Source: Oculina patagonica (Eukaryota). Taken from it: a stretch of 64,000 nt of DNA. The notes below the pieces were generated by a model that did not search any database, was not told the origin of the DNA, and was given only the letters and a program-made list of their open reading frames with translations. The stretch is from the NCBI RefSeq assembly GCF_052425735.1, contig NC_135764.1, positions 24,676,001 to 24,740,000 of the forward strand, in the 5' to 3' direction. Made by a program: the position numbers and the translations under genes. Each line of letters opens with the position of its first letter. Position 1 is the stretch's first letter. Shown piece after piece: positions 1 to 10,322 of this stretch.

Positions 1-829
1 CATGATTAAATAAAAATCCTGAGTCATCGGGAAAACGTAAAATATCAGATACCTTGACTTGCAATAAATCTGCTGCTCGATCACCCGCAAAAAATAAGGC
101 CTTAAAGAGAGCTTGATCTCTCGCATAAATAAATACTTGTACCGCACTCAGCACCGAGCTATTCAAAAGCATCTTTTCTAAATAACCAGAAATAACTCTT
201 AAATCACTTAAAATAATTGGCTCCGCTTGACGAGGCGTAATTCTAGCCCTAAGTTGTTCCTCTCGAACATCTGCAAGGTAAGTCTTTACTGAATGACAAG
301 AAGCTGGGTTCCCCACACCAAGTAAGGAATGCCACTCTGAACCCCTGCCATGTTCAATAAATATTGCACGAAGTTTCCCAATTAACGAGTCAACTGTTCC
401 AAAAGCAAGTCTCTTTGGACAAGCACAAGACATCCCTGTTTGAGACACTGCTGGGCAAGCCGATTGGTGGACCTTGGTTCTCCCGCCGCGATCTTTCCAA
501 ACAAGGAAGGCTTTGATATCAGCAGGAAGAGCAGAAGAAAGAGATTTTGGCGTCGAAGGGCTCGCAAGGAATTGGCCAAGCTCAAGTTCCAAAGCTGATT
601 TCTGTTTAACGTAACGAGAAGAGGATCGCTGCTGAGACAATTGCCGTAGACGCTCTGCAATGTTGCCTTCATCAATCTTACATTTCTTTGCGGGCGACTG
701 AGCATGATCCCCAACAGATCGCCTCACATAGCCACATTGCTGGCAAAATTTGAAATGTTCGTCATTCGGGTAGCCGCATACAGGACACGCTACAGATGGA
801 GTATATAACTTCGGGACCCTAGGCAGAGT
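1..829 (-). CDS. Tyrosine recombinase with N-terminal zinc ribbon and ALOG DNA-binding domain (open to the window edge, so absent from the ORF track)
   Basis: Manual translation from the acceptor at 829 is stop-free: TLPRVPKLYTPSVACPVCGYPNDEHFKFCQQCGY...DIKAFLVWKDRGGRTKVHQSACPAVSQTGMSCACPKRLAFGTVDSLIGKLRAIFIEHGRGSEW...GNPASCHSVKTYLADVREEQLRAR...YARDQALFKALFFAGDRAADLL. TKVH..C..CxCPxRxAxGxxDxLIGxLRA is the ALOG signature; GDRAADL resembles the first catalytic Arg box of YRs. Confidence 0.9.
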
Positions 830-885
830 CTGCAAGGAAACGAAATGTGGAAAAAGTTACTGAAGTCCACAAGGCCTGGCACAAT

Positions 886-3146
886 CTAGAAACGAGATAT
901 CCAGCATGCCCACATATTAGTCGTACATGGAGTTGGTATATAACCAGACCTCGAGGGGGTGAGAAGGACATTCATGTCTCCCTGCTCGCCGAGGCACAGC
1001 TTGTCGGAACAACGAGCCATAAGTTCTGGCCACCAAAATAATGGAGGATTAAACTCCGGAATTATTACTGTAAAGGGGATCTTGAAGCCAAACAAAAACT
1101 TTAAAACGGGACCAATCAGGCCGAAAGGAAGAAAAACGTACGGATTAGACATCTGGCTCACAGACCATAGATCCTGAGAAAAAAGGTTTACTCCCGCGGA
1201 ACAATGGCTAAGAAAAGGGGTAAAGTGCGGCAGAGGAATACCATTCCTACCCATAGGAGCATTCGAGTCGAGAGCCATTAAATCAAAGGAGTGTCCGCCT
1301 GATCCCCCAAATGCCTGATCCACCGCCGCAAAGGCCGCGACCGACAATTTAACATCAAGGGATGACAGTCTTTGAGAAGGCGCATCTGCCTGGTTCTCCC
1401 GGGACGGAAGGTACTGCAGGTTGAGTTGAATGTTGCGTGACGACAAAGCGAAAAACAACTGCTTTGTAACTTTCGTCAGCTGAGGTGATTTCTTACTTCC
1501 CTGCGCATTCCAGGCACCAATCATAACTTGACTATCAACATAGGCGTCAAGTCTAGCGTTACGAATTTCTTGTGGGAGCGCCTTGATAGCATAAACCAAA
1601 GCCAGCATTTCCTTAGATGATATAAAAAGCTCTCTCTGGTCTGGGTTCCAATAATCTCTAAAGCTCTGATCGCCGGATGGAAGATGTAAAACACAAGCCC
1701 AACCATGACCAGACGCGTCGGTAGAGAGAGAAACGGTGTAATGTTTTTCTTCTTTCCAAGGGAGATATTGTTTCCAATTATCCAAGAAACGCCAATAGGA
1801 CAACTCCTCCTTAAGGAATTCGTTCAAGGGTACCTGGCCATTAGCAGGAGCTCTCGCAATGGCGGCACTCATTTCTCTAATAAACAGCTTTGCCATTGGC
1901 ACAGCTAACGAGAAAGAAATACACTTCCCCTGGAAGCGTTGCAAGGTCTTGAGAGCCACCCAAGACTTACAAGCAAGAATGTCTTCCCTCAAAGCAGCGA
2001 AAGACTCGATCTTGCGAACAGGTATCAGAAAGGACAATTTTTCAGAATCGACAACAAGACCCAGGTACTCGAGTGCCGTAGTCGGAGTTAAAACGGACTT
2101 CTTTATGCCAATGGTATAGCCGAGCTCTACCAAAATCGAGAGAACAACAAACAAAGCTGCCCTTGCTGCAAGTAGACGATATTCCCTTGATCTGTTAAGG
2201 GGGAGCTGCGACCAAGGACCACTGGAAGTCAAAAGTTCGCCATTTAAACGGTCATCGATATATAAAGAGCAAGGGATCCCTTTAGCTCTCAGGAAGCCCG
2301 AGGCAGCAAGACCAATAGTGTGATAAATATAGGGCGAAATCTTCCATCCAAACGGCAAAGTCGTACAGACCAGCCATAAACCCCCAAAGCTAAAACCAAA
2401 ATAGGTCTGGGAGTTCTCGGAAAGGAGCACGTGGTCGTAGCCAGATTTGTCGTCGCACTTGGTCATAAACGAGCCCCTGTATATAAATCTGGGTACGTCC
2501 GCCAATTTATCCAGAGAGAAAGGTATATCTCTCATCCAAAGATTCAGAAATCTGACGTCGATGCAAAGTCTTGGTTTGGACGGTTCTACCGTTAAAGGAA
2601 GCACCAGGTAAGGGGGGTCATCCACACCAACCTCCCCCCATACTCTGAACGCTCCTGTAGAAACACGGTTAATAATCTCTCGCGATATAAAATCCGAGAA
2701 CTTCCTGCACGACTCATGGTTTGGAAACCGTTTCTGTGGCGGCAAATCTGAGGAATACCTGGCTCGCTTAAAGACGCCAGAGAAAGGTCGAGCAAATTGG
2801 AGAATGTCCACTTTGTCACGAATCCACCCGCCAATACGATCAGCTAGGGGATGGCCCTCGAGAACATTATCCCACGCCCCAACGTTTTGATGTAAGCCAC
2901 CAACCGAAAATGATCGGGATCTCTCAATTTAAATGCTTCTAACTCAGGAGCCACGCCCGAGAGCACGTCCTTCCAATGTACTACCTCCGTCACTCCCTCC
3001 TGGTCAGGAACCCCGTTTATATCCACCCAATTCGAATTGATTCTCGGCTTGATTCCCTTAACCTGATTTCGAAACTCTACCCAGTGACTTGCTTGTTCCA
3101 GAATCCCTTCATTGGAGACCACGGATTTTCTCTTACGACCCACCAT
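886..3146 (-). CDS. Pol: reverse transcriptase + RNase H + C-terminal DNA adenine methyltransferase-like domain; one frameshift near 2905
   Basis: RT motifs KPRLCIDVR, DDKSGYDH, LPFGW, YIDD, LEYLG; RNase H STDASG...KEMLA...VDSQV...ENQADAPS; C-terminal FDLMALDSN...GVNLFSQD...NPYVFLPF. ORF 2844-3146 joins the 886-2811 frame by a 1-nt shift at a T4 run (DPDHF|SVGGLHQNVGAWDNVLEGHPLADRIGGWIRDKVDIL). Confidence 0.93.
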
Positions 3147-3515
3147 CTAGGTAAAAAGACGGGTTTAAATAAGGATTTACCTTAAACCAACCGAAACCAG
3201 ATAAATATAAAAGCAAAGAAATCTATATGAGAAACGGGGTTCCTGACCAGGAGAGAGCGACTTCGACACGTCTGAGAGCAGAACGTCTGGTGGCTACCGA
3301 GATAAACGGTAAACCAGCAGGAGTCACTCACCCTGATCAAGAGCTATTTGAAATACAGCCAAAGAAAGAAAACGGGACAACGAAATAAAGCAAAATACTG
3401 TGACAACAAACATGACAGACATGGATATTTATTTATGTAATCCCGAAAATACAATATTCATTAGACCATCCTGGTATGTTCACAACTCGTCTTACAATTT
3501 CGGATACTTCTGCAA

Positions 3516-4137
3516 TCAACTAGAAAAACGACCTCTCTTTGCCAGATTCCCGGTCTGCCGATAGGGGCAATACCTCTGATAGTGACCAATTTGGTTACAA
3601 GCGAAACATCTAACCGAGGCTCGACCACCACGCCCACGACCCCTAGGCGCGAAGGGTCTAGGAGCTGCCACTCGCATAGCCTTATCAACTTTAGAAATCG
3701 AATCGAGGACCTTTTCATGATCTTTGTCGCCCAATAGGACTTGAAGATACTGCTGGAATTGAGAGTCCGGGACCCTAATTTTATCCTTCATAGCCTGCAA
3801 TACCGCGTTGAAGAACCCCGACTTGGGATGTTTCGACTCTTTCGCCACAATCTTCAAATTGATAAGGTAATCCAAGGCCTTCTCCTTGCTGAACATGGGC
3901 ATCTTAATGAAACTTTGCAGTTCCTCTAAAGCTGACTCAACAGAAGCCTTCTGGGAGTTCTCTAAAGTCTCCAGCCTCCGCATGACGCGTAACATGTCAT
4001 CCTCTTCCTGCATAATAAAGTCAAGAGGATACGTTTATTAACAATCTTATTCTCCAAACGTTTCCCTTCCATATGTTGTACATTCAGAGCAACACGAGCA
4101 AATAAACATCATTAAACCATTATAACCATAGAAAAAA

Positions 4138-4168
<31 letters not shown>

Positions 4169-5478
4169 GTTATTGTTATTATTAAAACATTAGCATTAGA
4201 ATTAAAGAAGGCCAAATACGTTCCGTCACATAATTACACCATACAAGCATCAAATAGAACAAAAACAGACTTTCACCGATAAACTTTAAAATTATAAGTA
4301 CCATTTTCTGTTTCTATTTGTTTCCCTTCACTTTTTACCACGCCAACAAATCTCACGAGCACCCGCCAAAACAAAAATTTAACAAGCCGAGTGGCCTAAG
4401 GCATTTACAGGAAAAACATTTTCACGCATGAAGAATTCAGAGACAACATCAACATCACGAGGCGGAGCAAACCACACAGGCAATTTAAATTCAATATCAA
4501 CACAAAAGCATAATTCACCTCGCCAACGAGCCTCTCAGACACATTCAAAAAACCTCACAGGTATTAACAGAACAAAAGAATCTTCCGCTACACAATCAAT
4601 ACCAAAACAAATTTACCGCACAGGCAATATTAGACAAACATTTCACCGCAAAAGAAAAACCACACAGGCAATATTAGAACAATATTTCGCCGCATTGGCA
4701 ATATTAAATAAACATTTCAACGCACAGGGAAGCCACACAGGCAATATTAAACAAACATTTACCGCGCAGGCAAGCCTCACCGGCAATATTAAACCAACAT
4801 TTTCGCCACACAGGCAATATTAGATAAACATATCGCCGCACAGGCAAATATTAGAACAACATTTCACCGCACAGGCATTATTAGATAAACATTTCGCCGC
4901 ACAGGCAATATCAGATAGACATTTCGCCGCACAGGCAATATTAGATAGACATTTCGCCGCACAGGCAAGCCACACAGGCAATATAAAAAACAACATTTCG
5001 CCGCACAGGCAATATCAGATAAACATAACACCGCACAGGCAATTTTAGACCAACATTTCGCCGCACAGGCAAGCCACACAGGCAATATTAGAACAACATT
5101 TCGCCGCAATAAAAGATAAACAAATTCACCGCACAGGCAAGCCACACAGGCAATATACTATAAACATTTCGCCACGTCAGCGAGCCTCACAGGCATTAAG
5201 TTAAAAAATAGCAAAAAACCAAGCCGCGCAGACAAACCTCACAGGCATTATCAACACAAATATCAGCCAACCAACCAAGGACTTGAAGAGTCCAAAAAGC
5301 GTAACGTTCAAACCAGAACAAAATAAAACCGTACCTCATTCGCTTGTAACACCGGTTGAGCCCCAGCGGCTGGTTGAATTTCACCCGGTTGTTGAGCCGG
5401 CGCCTGCACTGGCGGGTTCACTTGAGCTGCAATTTCTTCAGCACCGACAGCGTTAGGAACTTGATCTGCCTCAGCCAT
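3516..5478 (-). CDS. Gag-like protein, spliced: leader exon 5335-5478 joined to 3516-4007
   Basis: C-terminal RG-rich segment and zinc knuckle CFACNQIGHYQRYC. Leader exon MAEADQVP...VLQANE (48 codons) ends GAG|GTACGG; acceptor CTCTTGACTTTATTATGCAG|GAA at 4007; both phase 0. Confidence 0.85.
4605..5195. repeat. Minisatellite: ~30-bp unit (ATTTCGCCGCACAGGCAATATTAGATAAAC) with interspersed 13-bp AAGCCACACAGGC subunit, inside the retroelement's first intron
   Basis: Directly visible degenerate tandem copies (roughly 17-18); no unique spacers. Confidence 0.9.
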
Positions 5479-5560
5479 CGAGTAAGTCGGGTTGAACACA
5501 AATGCCAAACACTTCACTTTCGCGGCCTCGAGTAGAGTGATGGGGTGGAGCACATGTAAC

Positions 5561-5625
5561 CCCTTTTATAGTCTCATTTGCATAATCCCCAGGGTATTAA
5601 TTACCAATGCAAATCGAGTTTGCAT
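5561..5625 (-). promoter_or_regulatory. Putative Pol II promoter of the DIRS element (TATA box plus octamer motifs)
   Basis: TATAAAAGGG on the minus strand at 5561-5570, about 85-90 nt upstream of the leader ATG (5478); ATGCAAAT octamers at 5576-5583 (minus) and 5607-5614 (plus); partial TTTGCAT near 5619. Confidence 0.55.
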
Positions 5626-5734
5626 AGACAAAGTACACGAACATATTGTAGGTACGTATGCTGTCAGAGCTCCATGTTATAGCAGGTTTGGGACAGAATG
5701 GGAGGTTTGATGTGAATTTCTTTTTTGAGGTGCA

Positions 5735-5736
<2 letters not shown>

Positions 5737-5776
<40 letters not shown>

Positions 5777-5786
5777 GGGGGGGGGG
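5737..5786. repeat. (TG)n microsatellite followed by a poly-G run
   Basis: Directly visible. Confidence 0.95.
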
Positions 5787-7388
5787 TCGCAAGATATAAT
5801 ATTGCACTTTAGGGGAGGGCCTTCCTTTTTTTGTCTACTACAGGAGAAGGGCCAAAAAGTTTCAACTGAATACACACAGGGATTCCTCCGGCCCTCCCTT
5901 CCTTCTAAAAATGAATGGTCCCTAAGAACGCAGAATTTTGTGATGCCGTGCTACATTGATTGCTACATGATTGTACCACGATTTTCAACTGGTCCAAATG
6001 CATGGGGATTGTAAATGAGGTAAAACAAAGAACGACTAAGTCAACAAACAACCTCAAAACAATAGAGCAAGAATAAAAGCTCCGACCGGCGCGGGAATAT
6101 TCGATCGCCACGTTTCCATTACCATTTCCGTGATGGTTTTATTTCATAACAAACACCACATATTGACAACAAGAACCTTTCCGGAGAAATTTTCGCTGCT
6201 TTAAAGACGAAACTTAGAAAACCTTTTTTTTTCACTGCTATAAAAAAATAATCGAACTAAATAAATAAATAAATAAATACTTAATTGACCACTCCCCGAG
6301 AGGGGGCTTTTCAGGGCCAATACTCGGGGCGACCGAGAACAACACCAACTCTCCCACTGGTCCCATGTTGTTATTGTTTTGGCAAGTTCACAAACAAAGG
6401 AGCTGCTCATGCACCTTAGAGACATCCGCTGACTACCGCCCCGATGATTGCTTTGCAAGTTGTTAGAGCATCGCTCAGATTTCATATAAAAGAATGTATT
6501 GGAAGTTGCTTCCCCCCTCCTGCTGTCAATCATTTTCAATTACACCGTTTTGCACTGCCAATTACACTTTTTGCACTTTTAATTTCTGCAACTTCTGAAA
6601 ACAGAAGTGATATTTTATCCTTAATTTTACGAGGGAACATGTGATTACTTGTTTATGACATAATAAGAAAATTTTCGGAGATTCTTCAAGGTGCGAAGCT
6701 TATTTTAGCCGGCGGAACGAAGATGCCTTCGTAACTGAAATCACACAGATAAACGACAAGATCAAGCAAACCCTTTCTCTCAGAACAAAATAACATCGAC
6801 AGTTGAGCTTATGTAAACTTAATTCTGAATGTAAGTCGTGAAAATAGAAGAAGAAACAAGCGTACACTCAATGAGGCAAGTTAAACGTAATTTTATTCAC
6901 CTGTTTGAAAGGTTTGAAGCTTTCCGCTGTAAGATGTTGGCACGTCAATCGTCGGACATCGATAAACAGCTAACGATGAGTCCAAACAATTTCTCCTGTT
7001 TAAATATGGCCATCGTCTTTTTCTGGACGAACTCTGTGCTCTTTTCTCTGGCCGGGTTGCATGTTGTTAACCCGCAGTTTGACAGAAGTGAAACGAGAAG
7101 TCAGTTGGCCGCCATGAATGAATTTCGTCGCGAACTCATTAAAAAAAAAAATGCCCTCTGTCTCAGCCAATTCGTAAAATTCATTAACTATTCATGAGGG
7201 TGCAAACCAATCCCAGCACAGTACTCAGATCACATGTACACAACTGTAAACCCCAATACAAATCAAACAATATTATTAACTTTTGATACAAACTCCTGCT
7301 CAGCTAATTAGTATTCATTAACTTTTGATACAGATCTCTACTGATTCGTATAACAATACTTTGCATTCAATTTATTGTTTTCATTTCA

Positions 7389-7460
7389 CAAGTAGAATAA
7401 AATATTCGCGTCCGATCTGTATGGCCGTTAACAATGGCTCGCCTATCGACTCGCCATTGT

Positions 7461-7503
<43 letters not shown>
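7389..7503. repeat. Imperfect ~115-bp palindromic (hairpin) repeat
   Basis: AAGTAGAATAAAATAT..GATCTGTATGGCCGTTAACAATGG pairs with CCATTGTAAACGCCCATACAGATC..ATATTTTATCTACT. Confidence 0.65.
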
Positions 7504-7737
7504 ATATATTGAGATATAGATATTATATTTTTAATATTTTTTATTAGCACGTACGTATTTTGAGCGATCTTCCAGCTTGGTTATAAGTTGACATTGTTTA
7601 CGCGTCAAAACTAATATACTGTTCTCTCTCTCGGTTTGTATCAGCCGATAGAAACCGACAACGAGCCGTTTAACTGTTTATTATTATCAAATAAATATTT
7701 TCACGAACATAACGGTCCAGTGTACGTCAGCTCGATC

Positions 7738-8068
7738 CACCAGTTTCACTTCAAACAATCAAGAGCCTAAAATGGTTAAAAATCATTATGCAAGTGTACT
7801 GAAGCGATAAACAAGTGATATAATTGTGATGCCATCAGGAACTTTAGATCTTAACTTGAAAACGTCAGTCTGATTTTTTCAAGTTTTGCCCTTGTGGACT
7901 GGAAAAACACCTGAATATTATTATGGCTCCCATCTTCCTTCAACAACAATTCACTTTATATCTTCATCTTGATGTACTTGGTGCATTTCATGTACGAGAA
8001 GACTTTCCGCCTATTTTAGTAGTTTTTACCCAAAAGCAATAAAATCCCCGTGACAGTGTCCTTTTTAA
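7738..8068. mobile_element. Non-autonomous DNA transposon (MITE), left end missing; same family as 25092-25459
   Basis: Colinear with 25106-25459 and ends GTGACAGTGTCCTTTTTAA. Confidence 0.7.
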
Positions 8069-8396
8069 GGAGACAAATTTTAATTTACTGGCCCACACAA
8101 GTATTCCTTCTCTTACAAAAAGAGTAAAGGGACCTCGCCGAATTGAATAAATTGAATTAAATTGAATGATGGCGATACTCCTTTGTGAGCCTTACAAAGT
8201 CTTCCTATAGTGGCATTTGAAACAAAGCGAGTCTCGGCCGCCAAATCTTCACCAGGCCCGCAGATTAGTTTCTAATTTATCGAAACTCGAGGATTCGTTA
8301 TGTAAATAAAAAACCAGGGCAGACCCACTTTACTACGCGAGTGTTGGTTTATGGCGTGAAAGGGAATGCAGTGAAGATGGATCGTTGGTGTCTTAC

Positions 8397-9094
8397 CTTG
8401 CATCCACCAGGAATAACATTCATACTTTGATCATCCAAGCTTTGATCTTGTGCCACGGAGGAACCCTAGAAGATTGCACTTCCGTTAGTCTAACATAATA
8501 ATTCTTACAACCATAAACAATAATGAAACGCAGATGTAAGACTATTTTATTGCCCCCCTGGATGTTCCTTTCCATCAAGCTTCCTTTCCGGAGGAACCCT
8601 AGAAGATTGCATTTCCGTTAGTCTAACATAATAATTTTTACAACCATAAACAATAATGAAACGCAGATGTAAGACTATTTTATTGTCTGGCTTGATGGCT
8701 CCTTTCCATTTCTTCCTTGCTTACGAAATGTTTGTAATATATGTTTGCCGCAAAATTGATAATCAAAATTAAGGGCTGCTGATCGTTAAAATTTATATTC
8801 AATGATACCGTGTATTGTTTTTGTTTTTACTGACTTCAGATCGCGTTTCTGTAAAATCTGAATTCTAATGTAAAGGAAAAGACGTAAAAAAGCCACTAAA
8901 CGTTTAAGCTTTAAGAGGGGAACAAACAGATTGCAGGTTAAGCAATTTTAAGATGTTTTCTATATCTTTCTCATTTAAGACCAGTTTTCATAAGGAACAG
9001 TGCACTGATAAGATAAATAAGATAAATGAAGCAAAATTCTACTTACGAGTAACAAGAGACTCACAAACGCCACAAGACCGTTCTTTATTATCAT
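8397..9094 (-). pseudogene. Third paralog of the short secreted FReD-like gene: exon 1 (9047-9094) and exon 2 (8397-8465) only; exon 3 not found in the window
   Basis: MIIKNGLVAFVSLLLL|GTAAGT and TAG|GSSVAQDQSLDDQSMNVIPGGCK|GTAAGA, homologous to exons 1-2 of the two intact paralogs. Could be an intact gene whose last exon lies left of the DIRS element. Confidence 0.7.
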
Positions 9095-9194
9095 GACTAA
9101 AGTTGTCGTTTCCCTTGGTCAGTTGATTGCGAGTGAGTTGTTCAGAAGAATCAGTATAACTGAAAAAAAAAAAAAACAGCTTTCTTGCGTTATT

Positions 9195-10040
9195 ACATGT
9201 GTACCTACACGTGCCGTGCTAGTGGACGGACGCGTCTTGCGGCGCTCCGCCAAATGACGGAGAAATAAGTCATCATTTTCTTCGAAGCTGAATAAATGAA
9301 ATGAATAAGGATAGCGAAAAGCCAAACGAATCAAAAAAGGAACGAAGTAGAAAACGACAGAGGGAAAACAGCTCCAAAACAGACGACGAGTCGACCGACG
9401 CCGCTTTCATGGAAGACCAATATGGCGGCCAGCAAGATGAAAATGGTACGATGAATGAAGAAATCTACGATGAACGTCTGAATGAAATCAACCTGAAGCT
9501 CGACAAGTTGCTTTCCCTCTGCCCTCTGGTTAAGGATCTCAACGCCCAATTCGCGTCGTTAAAAGAAGAAAATGCAGAGTTGAAGAAATCGCTGCAGTGG
9601 GCTACTGACGAAGCGAAGGATTTGAGAAAGATCCAAAAAGAAATGAAAACCGAATTAGATAACATGAAAGCCCAGCTGCTCACCGTTGACCAGCAATTGC
9701 AGAAACAGACGACACGGAACATTAAAATCGAGGCGCAGTCCAGGAGAAGCAATGTCAATTTCTTCAATGTCCAAGAAACAGAAGCAGCAGACAATTCGTA
9801 TGAAACAGAAAAGGTGCTAAAACAACTCCTCATTAATGAGCTCAAAATGACAGAAGAAGTTGTTGACAAGTTACAATTTGTAAGAGTGCACCGCATACCC
9901 ACTAAACGGGCACTGTTAGTAGCATAATATGCTACTTTTACTAGCAAGGAATCGATATTAAGGGCCTGTACGTTCGACTGACCTCTCTGGAATAACAATA
10001 TATTCCGAATAATTCAAGAAGAGCTATCTGAGAGGATGAT
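9195..10040 (+). mobile_element. LINE 5' fragment with ORF1-like protein (9301-9927; coiled coil plus RRM-like), 3'-truncated
   Basis: Basic N-terminus, heptad coiled coil, then EAQSRRSNVNFFNVQE...TEKVLKQLL..ELKM...FVRVHRI, as in LINE ORF1p. Reading frame breaks after ~9910. Boundaries inferred from loss of homology to paralogous flanks. Confidence 0.75.
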
Positions 10041-10322
10041 CTGATGAGGTAGTATAAAGAACATAATCTTAACCATTCTTGATTTTGGCAATAAGCGACC
10101 GGTAGGTGCAATGAGCAATCATAGGACGCAGCCTGCACAGAGACCAACCGAACATCAAGCGCCATGCCCAAAGTCATAAATAAACACTCACAAACTTGTT
10201 ATTTAAGTGTTTTATTGATGAACTTTTCCATTGACCTATTGCGTTTTGTATCTACATGGTATACTACTGTTCTCTAAGTTCTCGCTGTGGTGGTCAATGC
10301 AGTTCACTGTGGCGACTTCGCC

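Larger units (their letters stand above)
1..5625 (-). mobile_element. DIRS1-type (ALOG-YR class) tyrosine-recombinase retrotransposon, 3' part outside the window
   Basis: Ordered gag (CCHC) - RT/RNase H/MTase-like - tyrosine recombinase ORFs on one strand, with no DDE integrase or protease seen. The 5' boundary is approximate (promoter motifs at ~5560-5625). Confidence 0.93.

Noticed and set aside
382-714. 110-aa ORF from the ORF track
   Set aside because: Alternative frame overlapping the real ALOG-YR frame.
4428-5145. ORFs 4428-4823 (+) and 4864-5145 (-)
   Set aside because: Translations of the minisatellite; no independent coding signal.
4605-5195. CRISPR-like array next to a reverse transcriptase
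   Set aside because: Units are contiguous degenerate tandem copies without unique spacers, there are no cas genes, and the context is eukaryotic.
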